Source: Vulcanisaeta sp. AZ3 (lineage in GTDB: Archaea > Thermoproteota > Thermoprotei > Thermoproteales > Thermocladiaceae). From it: a DNA stretch of 64,000 nt. Under the pieces are notes generated by a model that did not search any database, was not told the DNA's origin, and saw nothing but the letters and a program-made list of their open reading frames with translations. Below, in pieces: positions 9,475 to 20,167 of this stretch; position 1 is the first letter of the stretch; the number at the start of each line of letters is the position of its first letter. The DNA lies in the NCBI GenBank assembly GCA_000960865.2, contig JZWU02000002.1, positions 32,656 to 96,655 on the forward strand, read 5' to 3'. The position numbers and the translations under genes were made by a program.

Positions 9475-10886
9475 TTATTCACTACGTCTAAGTAGTTTTT
9501 CAGTGAACCAAGGCATCATGGAGTTCTTTATTGCTGTTAATATCGTACTTAACCTACCATGTACTAACTCATGGATTAAGAAACTAAACCTACTGTAGTA
9601 CTTCAGGTAAGCCCACTGAAGCATCTTTTGGGCTTGTTCCTTTGTGAATTTATAACCCCTCATAACAGCCCTAAGGGTTGTGTAATGCTCCCAATTCCAA
9701 TCCTCAATTAAGTTCTCATTAACAGTTTCATAATAAAGTGGTGTGCCTGGGTATGGCGTTGCCACGGTGAATTGCGCATAGGTTGGGTTTAATTTCTCGG
9801 CAAACTTGACCGTATTCTTCATATCATCAATGGTTTCCCATGGGAACCCAATCACAAATGAACCAACATGCTCAATACCAACCTCCTTAGCCCATTGAAA
9901 GACCTTAATGGCTTGTTCAAGCGTTATCTTCTTACCAATCCTATTTATTGTATCTTGACTACCAGACTCAACACCGAAGTACAGGGCTGTACATCCATGT
10001 CTCTTCAATGCCTCTATCATGTCTTTATCAATTGTGTCTACCCTGGATCCACAGGAGAAGCTTATGTCAAGGCCTCTTTCCTCAAGTTCCTTAAGGAATT
10101 CATATACGAATCTTTTACCTAGTGTGAACTCATCATCTGTAAAAGCAATTATGTTCGTTTTATACTTATTAATTGCGTCCTCAATCTCATCAACCACAGC
10201 CTTGGCTGATCTATACCTAACCATCCTACCCCAGAAATAACTTGTGGAGCAGAAGGAGCAGCCGTAGGGGCAGCCGCGACTGGCCATGGCATGTATTATC
10301 TTAATGGGCTTACCAAACAGTGTGTACTTATCCATGGGCAATAGGTGCCTTGCTGGCGGTGGCAATTCATCTAGGTTCCTGATTGGGGGTCTATCGGGTG
10401 TCCTAACTACATGATCATCAACCTTGAATGCCAATCCTCTTATTGACTTAAGATGCTCAGGCTCTAAGCCGAATTTCTCCATGGTATTTATCAATTCAAG
10501 GGTTGTGTATTCACCCTCCCCCTAACCACAACATCCACATTATTATTAAGCGCCTCCTCATACATGAATGTTGCATGAGGACCACCTATTATGATTGGTA
10601 TGTCTTTATCATACTCCTTAATCGCCTTGGCTGCGTCGTAGGCCTTATAAATCGTTGGTGTTATTGCGGTTAACCCAACTACATCGGGTTGCCAAGCCTT
10701 TACCTCGTTTATGAATGTTTTAATGTCAATACCCTCGGTTGGTGAGTCTATGATTTTAACCCTATGGCCAGCTCTCTCAAGGACAGCTGCTATCCAGGCA
10801 AGGCCAAGTGGTGGTGCCTTTAGGCCTAGGACCTTGTATAACTCTAGTTTCTCAATACCTGGTGGGATTGCTAGGAGGACCTTCAT
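9475..10886 (-). CDS. B12-binding (class B) radical SAM protein, candidate GMGT methylase (Gmm-like); frameshift at about 10520
   Basis: PPLGLAWIAAVL, IIGGPHAT, VVRG[EGE], SRGCPYGCSFC, FGVESG, TPYPGT; one extra base in the C5 run 10518-10522 restores VRGEGEYT. Confidence 0.85.
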
Positions 10887-10898
10887 GGTTTATCACCA

Positions 10899-12410
10899 TC
10901 ACTTAAATGCTAATGGTGAAACCCTAATCCTCACCTTCGATAAATCCTCAGTTAGTTTTCTCCACTCGTCTGAGTTATAAATACAACCTGGGTCTGGTGC
11001 GAGGACATCTCCAAAGTAATTATATGCCCTCGCCCTACAACCACCACAGATAAGCTTATACGGACACCTACCGCAGAATCCCTCCAACCTATCCCTATCC
11101 CTGAAATTCTCCATGAATGGGTCCATCCAAATATCCCAGAACGACTTAATCCTTAAATTACCCACTGGGTATGGTAGAAAGACGCATGGTGTTAACGTAC
11201 CATTGGGTTCAATAGCTGCATAAACTCTACCAGCCCCGCAGCCACCAATGAATTCTGTGAGTTCCCTAGTTATTGGGTCGTTGGCAACCACGAAGTGGGT
11301 TGGTGCTACATCACTACCACTACCTAGTTGATTAACAACACGTCCATACTGAGGTGCGGTACTTACTATCTCCATCTTTCTTCTCTTCATCTCCTTATAT
11401 ATGTGCCTAAGGAATTGTTCACGTTCCTCAGGTGATAAATCAATATCTAGATTCTCACGACCCCTACCAACAGGTACGAAATTAAAGAACACAACTCTCT
11501 TAACACCAATCTCCTGAGCCAGATCGAGGATCTTATCAACCTCATCAATATTAACCTTAGTAACCGTGAATGCCAAGGCTGCACTAAAGCCAAGCTTAAC
11601 AGCATTCCTAAGGCCCTGTACCGCCTTAGACCATGCTCCAGGGACACCCCTAAACTTATCATGTACCCTGGGATCTGCAGCATCAATACTTATTTCCACG
11701 TACCTAAGCCCAAGCTTCTTAGCCTTCTCTGCAAATTCCATGTTGGCGAAGGTGGTTCCATTGGTCGCTATGGCTGTATAGAATCCCCTCCTCGTCATCT
11801 CGGTTAAGACAGGCCAGAAATCTCTATGCACCGTGGGTTCACCACCGCTTAAGGCTATGGCTGGTACACCAGCTTCATCAAGCTCCTTAACGACCCTTAA
11901 CTTCTCCTCAAGAGTTAACTCATCCGGTAAGGGCCTACCCGCATTCTGATAGCAATGCATGCACTTTAGATTGCAGGCGTTTGTGAAGTTCCATACTATG
12001 AAGAATGGGGCAGGTAGTTTCTGTGGTGTTGTTACACCGAATAGAGCTATACCCCTTAGGGTAGTCACAATGCCTCTTCTAATTGCGGGGTCGCTCAATA
12101 ATTGCTTAATTGGCTCCTCATCAGCATGCAGCCATGCCGTAGCTAACTTCATACCTAACTCGAAGAATGGAGCTACGAAGTGAGTGACTGTTGGACATTG
12201 AGATTCACCAGCATACTTAGCCAATGCCCATTCCATTAATGGCTTCCTTTCGCCATTGAACTCCACCTCTTTCGTGAGTAATCTTAGGGCACGTCTGACC
12301 GCGCCCCTATTTAGAATCCTAATTGCCGCGATTAAAGCCCCGGCCCCATTTCCAGAATCCTCAAGCTTTTTTTCTATGGATTTATCAATGGTTTCACCTA
12401 ATGATGACAT
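10899..12410 (-). CDS. Radical SAM/SPASM protein with long N-terminal extension, candidate GMGT synthase (Gms-like)
   Basis: CNLKCMHC, SGGEP, SPASM GCGAGR...TPC and CGRCPYKLICGGCRARA...DPGC; N-terminal RGIALFGVTTPQKLPAPFFIVWNFT. Confidence 0.85.
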   Translation of the reverse strand: MSSLGETIDKSIEKKLEDSGNGAGALIAAIRILNRGAVRRALRLLTKEVEFNGERKPLMEWALAKYAGESQCPTVTHFVAPFFELGMKLATAWLHADEEPIKQLLSDPAIRRGIVTTLRGIALFGVTTPQKLPAPFFIVWNFTNACNLKCMHCYQNAGRPLPDELTLEEKLRVVKELDEAGVPAIALSGGEPTVHRDFWPVLTEMTRRGFYTAIATNGTTFANMEFAEKAKKLGLRYVEISIDAADPRVHDKFRGVPGAWSKAVQGLRNAVKLGFSAALAFTVTKVNIDEVDKILDLAQEIGVKRVVFFNFVPVGRGRENLDIDLSPEEREQFLRHIYKEMKRRKMEIVSTAPQYGRVVNQLGSGSDVAPTHFVVANDPITRELTEFIGGCGAGRVYAAIEPNGTLTPCVFLPYPVGNLRIKSFWDIWMDPFMENFRDRDRLEGFCGRCPYKLICGGCRARAYNYFGDVLAPDPGCIYNSDEWRKLTEDLSKVRIRVSPLAFK

Positions 12411-12525
12411 TGTTTATGATGTCGGAAATACTGATTTAAGACTGTTCATATGAGAAGCCACGTAACTTCTTCACGTGGTTTATCGAAAAAGCTATCTCTT
12501 CTTTATTAGATTCCGTGAACTAATG

Positions 12526-12579
12526 GATCAGCCAGGATAGAGCTCAGTCATTTAATCCGCTGGGTAATCCTCATCACGC
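12526..12579 (-). ncRNA. Box C/D guide sRNA
   Basis: Minus strand: C GTGATGA, GGATTACCCAG, D' CGGA, C'-like ATGACTGA, GCTCTATCCTGG, D CTGA; intergenic. Confidence 0.75.
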
Positions 12580-12655
12580 ATGATAAGGAAGTATTCACCA
12601 TATTAAGATTATATAGAGATTAATATTTATTAAAGGTTAGTGTCAAGTTTTTGAT

Positions 12656-13933
12656 GTGAACGTGAAATTCGACGCAGTGGTAGTTGGAGCGGGTCCCGCT
12701 GGGCTAACTGCAGCCCAGCAACTAGCCAGTAGGGGCTTTAAGGTACTGGTGATAGATAGGGGAAGAAAGCCTGGTTCAAAAAATGTGTTTGGTGGTAGGA
12801 TTTATGCTCACGTCTTAGATAGACTATACCCAGAGTATGTTAAGGAGACTCTTGTTGAACGTTGGGTTAGGAGGGAGAGGGTTACCTTGATGACTGAGGA
12901 TTCGTGGACTACTATTGATTATGAGACTACAAAGGTGGAGCATAAGTCATTTACTGCGTATTTAACGAACTTCGTTGAGTGGCTTGATAAGAAGGCTGAG
13001 GCTGCGGGTGCTGTGGTGGTTCCTGAGGTTTCTGTGGATTCCCTTGTGATTAAAGATGGTAGGGTTGTGGGTGTTAGGGCTGGTAATGATGAGGTTCAGG
13101 GTGATGTTGTAATAATCGCCGAGGGTATTAACAGGTTGGTCTTAGAGAGGAGTGGATTAGCTCCGAAATTAAGTCAGGACCTTGTGGCGTTGGGGGTTAA
13201 GGAGGTTATTAAGTTGAGTAGGAATGATATTAATGAGAGGTTTGGTCTTGATGAGGATGAGGGACTGGCTTGGGTGCTGGCTGGGTATCCAACGCATTAC
13301 CTGCCTGGTGGTGCCTTTATATACACGAATAAGGAAGCAATTACATTAGGCGTAGTAATGTATCTAAGCCATGGGTATAACCTAGACATACCCATAAATG
13401 AATTAATCGAGGAGTTTAGGCTACATCCATTAGTTAAGAGATTGATTAAGGGTGGCCAACTCCTTGAGTACTCAGCTCATCTAACCCCTGTGGCGGGTCT
13501 TAATGCAGCTCCACCAAGCCTCTATGGCAATGGTTACCTAGTTGTTGGTGATGCAGCAGGCTTTTTACTTCACCTGGGCTTGATAATTAGGGGTGTTGAC
13601 TTTGCTATGGAGAGCGGTAGATTAGCTGCCGAGGCCGTGGTTAAGGCTCATGATTACGGCAAATACGATGCAGAGGCACTCTCTATCTATACGAAGTTAC
13701 TTGAGGATTCCTTCGTACTTAAGGAACTAAGTGCATTTAAGAATGCGCATAAAGTTTTAATGGAACCAAAACTTTATAATGATTACGTGAAGCTAATGAA
13801 CAGGGCATTGGGTAGGTACTTCGATGTTGATGGGACACCGAGGAGGCTGGCCTCGACAATCCTTGAGGCTAAGGGTAACGTAACACTCCTAGACCTTGCA
13901 AAGGATGCCATTAGGGTGGTGATGAACCTATGA
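12656..13933 (+). CDS. fixC: ETF-quinone oxidoreductase FixC/EtfC
   Basis: VVVGAGPAG, GSKNVFGG, LLEYSAH, VGDAAG...RGVDFAMESGRLAAE. Confidence 0.93.
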   Translation: MNVKFDAVVVGAGPAGLTAAQQLASRGFKVLVIDRGRKPGSKNVFGGRIYAHVLDRLYPEYVKETLVERWVRRERVTLMTEDSWTTIDYETTKVEHKSFTAYLTNFVEWLDKKAEAAGAVVVPEVSVDSLVIKDGRVVGVRAGNDEVQGDVVIIAEGINRLVLERSGLAPKLSQDLVALGVKEVIKLSRNDINERFGLDEDEGLAWVLAGYPTHYLPGGAFIYTNKEAITLGVVMYLSHGYNLDIPINELIEEFRLHPLVKRLIKGGQLLEYSAHLTPVAGLNAAPPSLYGNGYLVVGDAAGFLLHLGLIIRGVDFAMESGRLAAEAVVKAHDYGKYDAEALSIYTKLLEDSFVLKELSAFKNAHKVLMEPKLYNDYVKLMNRALGRYFDVDGTPRRLASTILEAKGNVTLLDLAKDAIRVVMNL

Positions 13934-14223
13934 GTCTAGATAGGAAAATACCAATTGAGGAGAGGCTAAACGTAAACGCTTGGGATGTGGATTATAGACC
14001 CCACATTAGAATAATAGACCCAGAGCAATGCAGAAAATGCGATAAGAAACCATGCCTATACCTATGCCCAGCCAGGTGCTATACACCTGGGCCTGATGGG
14101 ACAGTCTTATTTTCACATGAGGGTTGTCTTGAGTGTGGTACCTGCCGTGTGGTATGTCCTGAGAATAATATTGAATGGAATTATCCCAAATCTGGATTTG
14201 GTGTGCAATATAGATTTGGTTAA
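13930..14223 (+). CDS. fixX: Ferredoxin-like FixX/EtfX
   Basis: CPARCY...GCLECGTCRVVC...WNYPKSGFGVQYRFG. Confidence 0.94.
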   Translation: MSLDRKIPIEERLNVNAWDVDYRPHIRIIDPEQCRKCDKKPCLYLCPARCYTPGPDGTVLFSHEGCLECGTCRVVCPENNIEWNYPKSGFGVQYRFG

Positions 14224-14348
14224 TTATTAAAATTTTTAACTTTATACTGAGTATTTATGTATAAATTACCATGAGTATGTCATGCCTATATTGCTCTATA
14301 TAGTGTCAAGGATTAGAAATGCATATTAAGTCAAATGATATTGAACGC

Positions 14349-15170
14349 ATGATGGATCTAACCATAGTTGTGCCTGTGAAGGCTGCCGTGCCTAATATAA
14401 CAGCGGTTAGGCTTGACCCCGTTACCCACAACTTAGTGAGGGAGGGTGTACCATTAATGCTTAACCCATATGATAGGAACGCCCTCGAGTTTGCCCTGAG
14501 ACTCAAGGATAAGTATGGTGGTAAAGTCATAACCTTATCCATGGCGCCACCCAGCGGTAAGGACTTCCTAGAATCAACAATAGGCATGGGCGCTGACGAA
14601 GCATACCTAATCACAGATAGGGCATTTGCAGGTGCTGATACGCTAGCCACATCATACGCAGTGGCGAGAAGTATACAAAAACTAATTCCTAACTTCGATT
14701 TAGTGGTTTTTGGTGAGGAGACCACAGACTCCACAACAGCCCACATGCCTGCACAAGTAGCTTCCTGGCTTGGTTTACCCTATGTTTATTATGCCGTGGA
14801 TGCTGAGGTAAAGCTTGAGGATGGACTTGTGAGGGTTACTAGGTATTTGGAGGATGAGGGTATGTATGAGGTTTATGAGTATAAGATGCCAATTATCGTA
14901 AGCGTCTATAGAAATAGTAACCCACCCAGAGACATTAGCTTGACAAGGAGGATTGAAGCTAGGGTTAAGGGTTTAGTAAAATCTGTAGATAATAATGAAT
15001 TAAAACTTGAGAGAGAGTGCGTCGGACTTCGTGGATCTCCAACCATTGTGGCAAAGATAGAGGATGCAAAACCCATTGAGAGAAAGAAGCAAATATTCAA
15101 GGGAGATCCTAAGGAGGCGGCTAGGTGGTTATTGGATAACCTAATTAAGGAAGGGGTGATCAAGTCATGA
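14349..15170 (+). CDS. fixA: Electron transfer flavoprotein beta subunit (FixA/EtfB)
   Basis: LNPYDRNALEFAL, DRAFAGADTLATS, GLRGSPT; likely start MMDLT. Confidence 0.93.
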   Translation: MMDLTIVVPVKAAVPNITAVRLDPVTHNLVREGVPLMLNPYDRNALEFALRLKDKYGGKVITLSMAPPSGKDFLESTIGMGADEAYLITDRAFAGADTLATSYAVARSIQKLIPNFDLVVFGEETTDSTTAHMPAQVASWLGLPYVYYAVDAEVKLEDGLVRVTRYLEDEGMYEVYEYKMPIIVSVYRNSNPPRDISLTRRIEARVKGLVKSVDNNELKLERECVGLRGSPTIVAKIEDAKPIERKKQIFKGDPKEAARWLLDNLIKEGVIKS

Positions 15171-16234
15171 GCACAGCCCCGGCACAACAAAGGATTTGTA
15201 GTGAATGGAATCCTGTCAAGAAGGAGGATTACAAAGGCGTGTGGGTTTACATCGAGTACGTTAATGGCACCATTAAGGAGGGTAGCCTGCAGCTAATTGG
15301 TAAGGCCAGAGAGTTGGCAAGTAAGATAAATGTGGATGTTACGGCAATAATGCTCGGTAACAACCTTGGTAATGCTGTCAGGGAGCCGATATACTACGGT
15401 GCGGATAAAGTGATTTACGTAGACCACTCAGCCCTGGCTAAATACATCCCCCATGTATATGCCAATGTGATTGTTCAATTAGCAAATAAGTATAAGCCAG
15501 AAATCATACTTTTCGCAGCAACCAAGAGAGGTAGGGAATTAGCACCATACGTGGCAAATTCATTAAGGGCAGGCATAACCGCCGACTGCACAGAGCTTGA
15601 TGTTGACCCAAAGACCAGAGACCTAGATCAAGTTAGGCCGACCTACGGAGGCAATATACTAGCCCACATTAGGACTCCAGCAAGAAGACCACAACTGGCA
15701 AGCGTCAGACCAAATGTCTTTCCAACACCACCCAGGGATCCAAATAGGAGTGGTGAGGTGATACCTGAAACTGTAAATTCCATACCCAACATTAATGGGC
15801 AGGGCTTAATCGAAAGTAGATCCGTGGTTAAGGGTGAGGAATTACCACCCGTTGAAAAGGCTGACATCGTGGTTGTTGCTGGACGTGGAGTTGGTAGTGC
15901 AGACGGCATTAAATTACTCACTGAACTCGCTAAATCCCTTGGTGGCACAATTGGCGGTACTAAGAAGGCTGTGGATGCAGGTTGGCTACCGGCTGATAGG
16001 CAGGTTGGCCAGACCGGAAAGACGATAAGGCCTACTTTATACATTGGTGTTGGTGTATCTGGGGCAATACAACATATTTTTGGCATGAAGGAGTCCAAAA
16101 TAATAGTTGCAATAAATAGTGACCCGAACGCACCCATATTTCAATACTCCGATTACGGAATTATTAGCGACTATAGAGACGTTATTAAAGAATTAATTGA
16201 ACTATTAAAAAATCGTAACACAAAGGTTACATGA
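15167..16234 (+). CDS. fixB: Electron transfer flavoprotein alpha subunit (FixB/EtfA)
   Basis: GITADCT, RPTYGGN, RQVGQTGKT, GVSGAIQH, AINSDPNAPIF. Confidence 0.95.
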   Translation: MSTAPAQQRICSEWNPVKKEDYKGVWVYIEYVNGTIKEGSLQLIGKARELASKINVDVTAIMLGNNLGNAVREPIYYGADKVIYVDHSALAKYIPHVYANVIVQLANKYKPEIILFAATKRGRELAPYVANSLRAGITADCTELDVDPKTRDLDQVRPTYGGNILAHIRTPARRPQLASVRPNVFPTPPRDPNRSGEVIPETVNSIPNINGQGLIESRSVVKGEELPPVEKADIVVVAGRGVGSADGIKLLTELAKSLGGTIGGTKKAVDAGWLPADRQVGQTGKTIRPTLYIGVGVSGAIQHIFGMKESKIIVAINSDPNAPIFQYSDYGIISDYRDVIKELIELLKNRNTKVT

Positions 16235-16273
16235 TATATTTATTTTAAGCTTAAGCGTGTAAAACGAAAAACA

Positions 16274-17605
16274 TTAGTCTAATTGCTTCCTAACTGTCTC
16301 AGGCCCTAGGGATGCTCCTAGTATTGTCATTGCTGCACCAATCATAACTACAATTGACGGAGCAAGCGCTGCGGACACCACAGGATTCGTATGTATTCCC
16401 ATTAAGTAACCATAGATTAGCAACGCAAAGGTTGGTGATAATGAACCTATTGCTGCATTTAAATTCCATCCAAAGCCAATGCCTGACCAACGAACCTCTG
16501 TTGGGAATATTTCTGAGAAATAGGCCGTCTGTACGGTGGCTGATAGTGTGAATATGAAGTATATTAGGGCTAGTGATGTTGCCATTATTGGTATTGAGAG
16601 TGTCGTTAGAGATAGGTACAGTGGGTATATTAGGACGAGCAATACTGCTGTTGGTATTATGAGCATCTTCTTCCTGCCGAATATATCCGTTAAGTAACCA
16701 CCAAATGTATTGCCTATTATGCCACCTAAACTGCCAATCATTAATGGTACGTACGTTAACTGCACAAAGGCCTTCTGCAATTCAGGTAGATAGCTTGAGA
16801 GCAATTTCGTGAATGTTGTTACGAAGCCATAACCCGCATAGAAGACAAATGTCAATCCAAGATTTATCAATATAACGAGCAATAAACTAAACCAATACTT
16901 CCTAATTGCGGTGGCTAAGGGCACCTTAACAAGTCTTCCCTCCTCCTTCTTTCTCTCCCAAAGTATTGATTCCGGAGCTGCCAATCTAATAAATAAACCC
17001 ACAATGACGACTACAGCACCACTTAAGAATAGTATTCTCCAACCAATAATTCCTAAAGGATAATACATACTCACCAATAATAACAAGCCTGTAGCTAATA
17101 GGGTAGCCACAGACATGCTTGAGTTAAGAACACCATTAACTAAACCACGCCACTTTGGTGATGCAAACTCTAAAGCCCAGACAACACCACCACCAGCCTC
17201 ACCACCGTAACCAAAACCCTGAATAAACCTAAATATTGTTAGTAATATTGGTGCCCAAATACCAATTTGAGCGTACGTAGGTAGTAAGGCTATTACTATT
17301 GTTGCTATGGCCATTGTTATCGCATCGCCAAGCAACGAATTCCTCCTACCATACCTATCACCAACATGCCCAAAGAAAATAGCGCCAAGCGGTCTCGCAA
17401 AGTAACCAACAGCAAACACAAGTAATGTATACAGTAATGCAGCCATTGGTTCTGATTTCGGAAAGAATAACTCACTTATATATGGTATCAGTGAAAAGTA
17501 AATTAGGAAGTCGTAGTATTCAAGTGCCCACGCAAGGAATGTTGATATAGAGGCAAGCATTAAGCCCCTTCTTCTAACGGGTTCAGGTACTGCAGATGTC
17601 CCCAT
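16274..17605 (-). CDS. MFS transporter (metabolite:H+ symporter family)
   Basis: LEYYDF, ARPLGAIFFGHVGDRYGRR, RFIQGFGYGGE, EIFPTEVR. Confidence 0.92.
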   Translation of the reverse strand: MGTSAVPEPVRRRGLMLASISTFLAWALEYYDFLIYFSLIPYISELFFPKSEPMAALLYTLLVFAVGYFARPLGAIFFGHVGDRYGRRNSLLGDAITMAIATIVIALLPTYAQIGIWAPILLTIFRFIQGFGYGGEAGGGVVWALEFASPKWRGLVNGVLNSSMSVATLLATGLLLLVSMYYPLGIIGWRILFLSGAVVVIVGLFIRLAAPESILWERKKEEGRLVKVPLATAIRKYWFSLLLVILINLGLTFVFYAGYGFVTTFTKLLSSYLPELQKAFVQLTYVPLMIGSLGGIIGNTFGGYLTDIFGRKKMLIIPTAVLLVLIYPLYLSLTTLSIPIMATSLALIYFIFTLSATVQTAYFSEIFPTEVRWSGIGFGWNLNAAIGSLSPTFALLIYGYLMGIHTNPVVSAALAPSIVVMIGAAMTILGASLGPETVRKQLD

Positions 17606-17680
17606 AGTTTGTCACTTGATTCAGGTAAATAAAAATATTAAAGTGTTACCCTAATTACATGTAATATAATTTATATATAA

Positions 17681-18919
17681 TTATAACTTGTGCCTATATA
17701 TTTCCATAAATAGATTTAGAATCTCTCTAGCTAATTCCCTCTTATGTACTAAACCTATTTTCTTAATAATACCGCCTTTATTGAGAATTGTAACCTCATC
17801 CTTTTCCGTACCAAAACCCTTACCCTCACCAACCAAGTGTGCTAGGGCTAAATCCCAATTGCCCTCAACTGCTCTTTTTAATGCCCTATCCACTAACTCC
17901 CTCTCCGTTATACCTACCTCAGCCTTATACCCAATTAGGAACGTGTTTGGTGACATCACCTTTAGATCCTTGGCAATCTTTGGTGCTTGTAATAACTCTA
18001 TAGTAATACTCTTCAAATCACTACTTATCTTACCCTCAAACTTATCCTTAACATAGAAGTCCAGGGGAGCCGCTGTTAGTATAGCTAAGTCGTAATGCCT
18101 ATTCTCCATGAGCCTCATGACCGTATCATACATCTCAAGTACACTGGTTACCTTAAACACCTCAACACCAGGTGGGTCTCTAATTTCAACAGGGCCTCTC
18201 ACCAACGTGACTCTTGCGCCCCTGGCCAAGGCCTCCCTAGCGAAGTAATAACCTGTTAAGCCACTACTTGGTGTTGTTATGTACTTGGTCGCATCAATGT
18301 GTTCATGGGTCGGTCCAGACGTAATTAACACTGACAAACCAGCCATATCTTTGGGTGATAAGGCATCAATTACTGAATCCACAACCTCCTCAATAGGCGC
18401 CAACTTAGCCTTACCCTCCTCAATCACAGGCTCCACGAAAGAAACACCAAAACCCCTAAGCCTCTCAATATTCGCCCTAACCGCTGGATTTCTCCACATG
18501 GTCTCATTCATGGCAGGTACAATCACAACAGGCTTACCAGCCCCTAACGCGGTCATTCCACAGAGAGTAACTGAGGTATCAGCGACACCATTTGCTAACT
18601 TACCAATTGTATTTGCAGTGGCTGGTACGAAGATAATGGCATCAGCATTTGCACATATATTCACATGCTCAGCATAACCACTTAACTCCGCATAGACGGG
18701 ACCACCCGTAGCCCACTCCATAATCCTCGGGCTCAATAACTTCCTAGCTTCCCTACTCATGAAGGTTATGATGTTGACACCATGCCTAATCAACTCTCTA
18801 GCTATGTCAGGGACTCTATATATGGAAATGCCGCCAGTGAGGGCTAGAACTACGTTCTTACCCTTAAGTAGGTTGCTCCTGGAACCTCTAATTAACTCTA
18901 TATCCTCCCTAAACGCCAC
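17681..18919 (-). CDS. coaBC: Bifunctional phosphopantothenoylcysteine decarboxylase/ligase
   Basis: PATANTIGKLANG, PAMNETM, LITSGPTHEHID...SSGLTG; likely GTG start at 18919. Confidence 0.93.
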   Translation of the reverse strand: MAFREDIELIRGSRSNLLKGKNVVLALTGGISIYRVPDIARELIRHGVNIITFMSREARKLLSPRIMEWATGGPVYAELSGYAEHVNICANADAIIFVPATANTIGKLANGVADTSVTLCGMTALGAGKPVVIVPAMNETMWRNPAVRANIERLRGFGVSFVEPVIEEGKAKLAPIEEVVDSVIDALSPKDMAGLSVLITSGPTHEHIDATKYITTPSSGLTGYYFAREALARGARVTLVRGPVEIRDPPGVEVFKVTSVLEMYDTVMRLMENRHYDLAILTAAPLDFYVKDKFEGKISSDLKSITIELLQAPKIAKDLKVMSPNTFLIGYKAEVGITERELVDRALKRAVEGNWDLALAHLVGEGKGFGTEKDEVTILNKGGIIKKIGLVHKRELAREILNLFMEIYRHKL

Positions 18920-19084
18920 AATGATTAAGACGAAATGCACTATTAAGCATTTTCCAGACCATACAATCTTAATCGTTACTCTACCGACGATATTTATTTA
19001 ATTCGAATAATTATTCTTAACTTAATGTTAATAAAGTTTTAAAGTTTAGAAAAGGTGCTGGACGTTGACTATTTTTACTCCTTT

Positions 19085-19639
19085 TCATTGTTGGGCACCG
19101 GGAGCTTTAATAGTTAAATTACTAATAATGGGCTGCACATACTTTCCCATGAAGGGGATTAGGCGTTTTGCCTCTTCGATTGCTACGCCTTTATATAGGG
19201 CATAAAATACCATGACGGGTATTTCATCTATTATGGCATTATTTTTTAAACAATCCAAGTATGTATCTAAAAATTCCTTTATTAAGACCCCAGATACTTT
19301 GTAACGTTTTTCTAGTTTTCTAATCACAATATCGTGAGGAACGCACCCAAGTAATAAACATATTACAAGCCCTCTTTCTGTCACCTCAATAATATCACAT
19401 CTCTGGTTTCGTAACCTTCTAACAGCGCCTATCTCCTCAAGACTGCTGATCTTTCTGTAGACTTGGGAGAAGTAGAGATTGGTGTCTCGGGCTATTCTAT
19501 ACGCAGTTGCAGGTCCCTTTAAGATTAGGTATTCCAAGATCTCTGATATTACGTTATCATTTTTTAGTTTACAAATATAAAATGATTGTATCATCAATGC
19601 ATAGTTATCGTGATAATATATAAAAATTTTATTCCTCAT
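19085..19639 (-). CDS. Winged-helix transcriptional regulator (start uncertain)
   Basis: ILEYLILKGPATAYRIAR...SQVYRKISSLEEIG...VTERG; AT-rich. Confidence 0.65.
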   Translation of the reverse strand: MRNKIFIYYHDNYALMIQSFYICKLKNDNVISEILEYLILKGPATAYRIARDTNLYFSQVYRKISSLEEIGAVRRLRNQRCDIIEVTERGLVICLLLGCVPHDIVIRKLEKRYKVSGVLIKEFLDTYLDCLKNNAIIDEIPVMVFYALYKGVAIEEAKRLIPFMGKYVQPIISNLTIKAPGAQQ

Positions 19640-19996
19640 AATATCAATTAAGTAATTGGAAGTTCATTCTGCGAGTAATTAACAATCTGACTTCCCTGCT
19701 TAGCATCTTCATGATAATGTTGCCTCCACTACGTAAAATAAACCCTAAGTCTTGCTTAGACGAACTATAATGCTGTGCTCTTTTCACGACTGAGGCAATT
19801 GTAAGGCTTATTACCACTAAATAATACTCCTCAGTGTGATTATATTTCTACGGGATGAAACTACCTATTAAACCGTAGACTGTGTTCTCAAGCGTCTTAT
19901 ACGTCATTATCTAACCAGAGAACTAGTACTTAGTAGGTAATGACAAAGCCTTTAGTCCTCAGTTAGTTGGAGCCACACAGTGTTTATACTGACACT

Positions 19997-20009
19997 AAAA
20001 ACTTAAAAG
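19997..20009 (+). promoter_or_regulatory. BRE/TATA promoter of tRNA-Leu
   Basis: AAAAACTTAAAAG about 25-30 nt upstream of the tRNA. Confidence 0.6.
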
Positions 20010-20032
20010 TTCATGAGAGTGGGTAAGCCAGA

Positions 20033-20119
20033 GCGGGGGTGCCCGAGCCAGGTCAAAGGGGACGGGTTTAGGTCCCGTTGGCGAAGGCCTGCGTGGGTTC
20101 AAATCCCACCCCCGCACCA
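20033..20119 (+). tRNA. tRNA-Leu (anticodon TAG), intronless, CCA encoded
   Basis: GCGGGGG...CCCCCGC-A-CCA; anticodon arm ACGGG-TTTAGGT-CCCGT; variable arm; GGGTTCAAATCCC. Confidence 0.97.
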
Positions 20120-20167
20120 ATATTTATAAGGCGATAAAGATTCTTTGCCTTGATGAGTATTGGTGCG

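Noticed and set aside
19085-20030. AT-rich HTH gene plus long spacer next to tRNA-Leu as an integrated element
   Set aside because: Lies 5' of the tRNA; no att repeat or integrase
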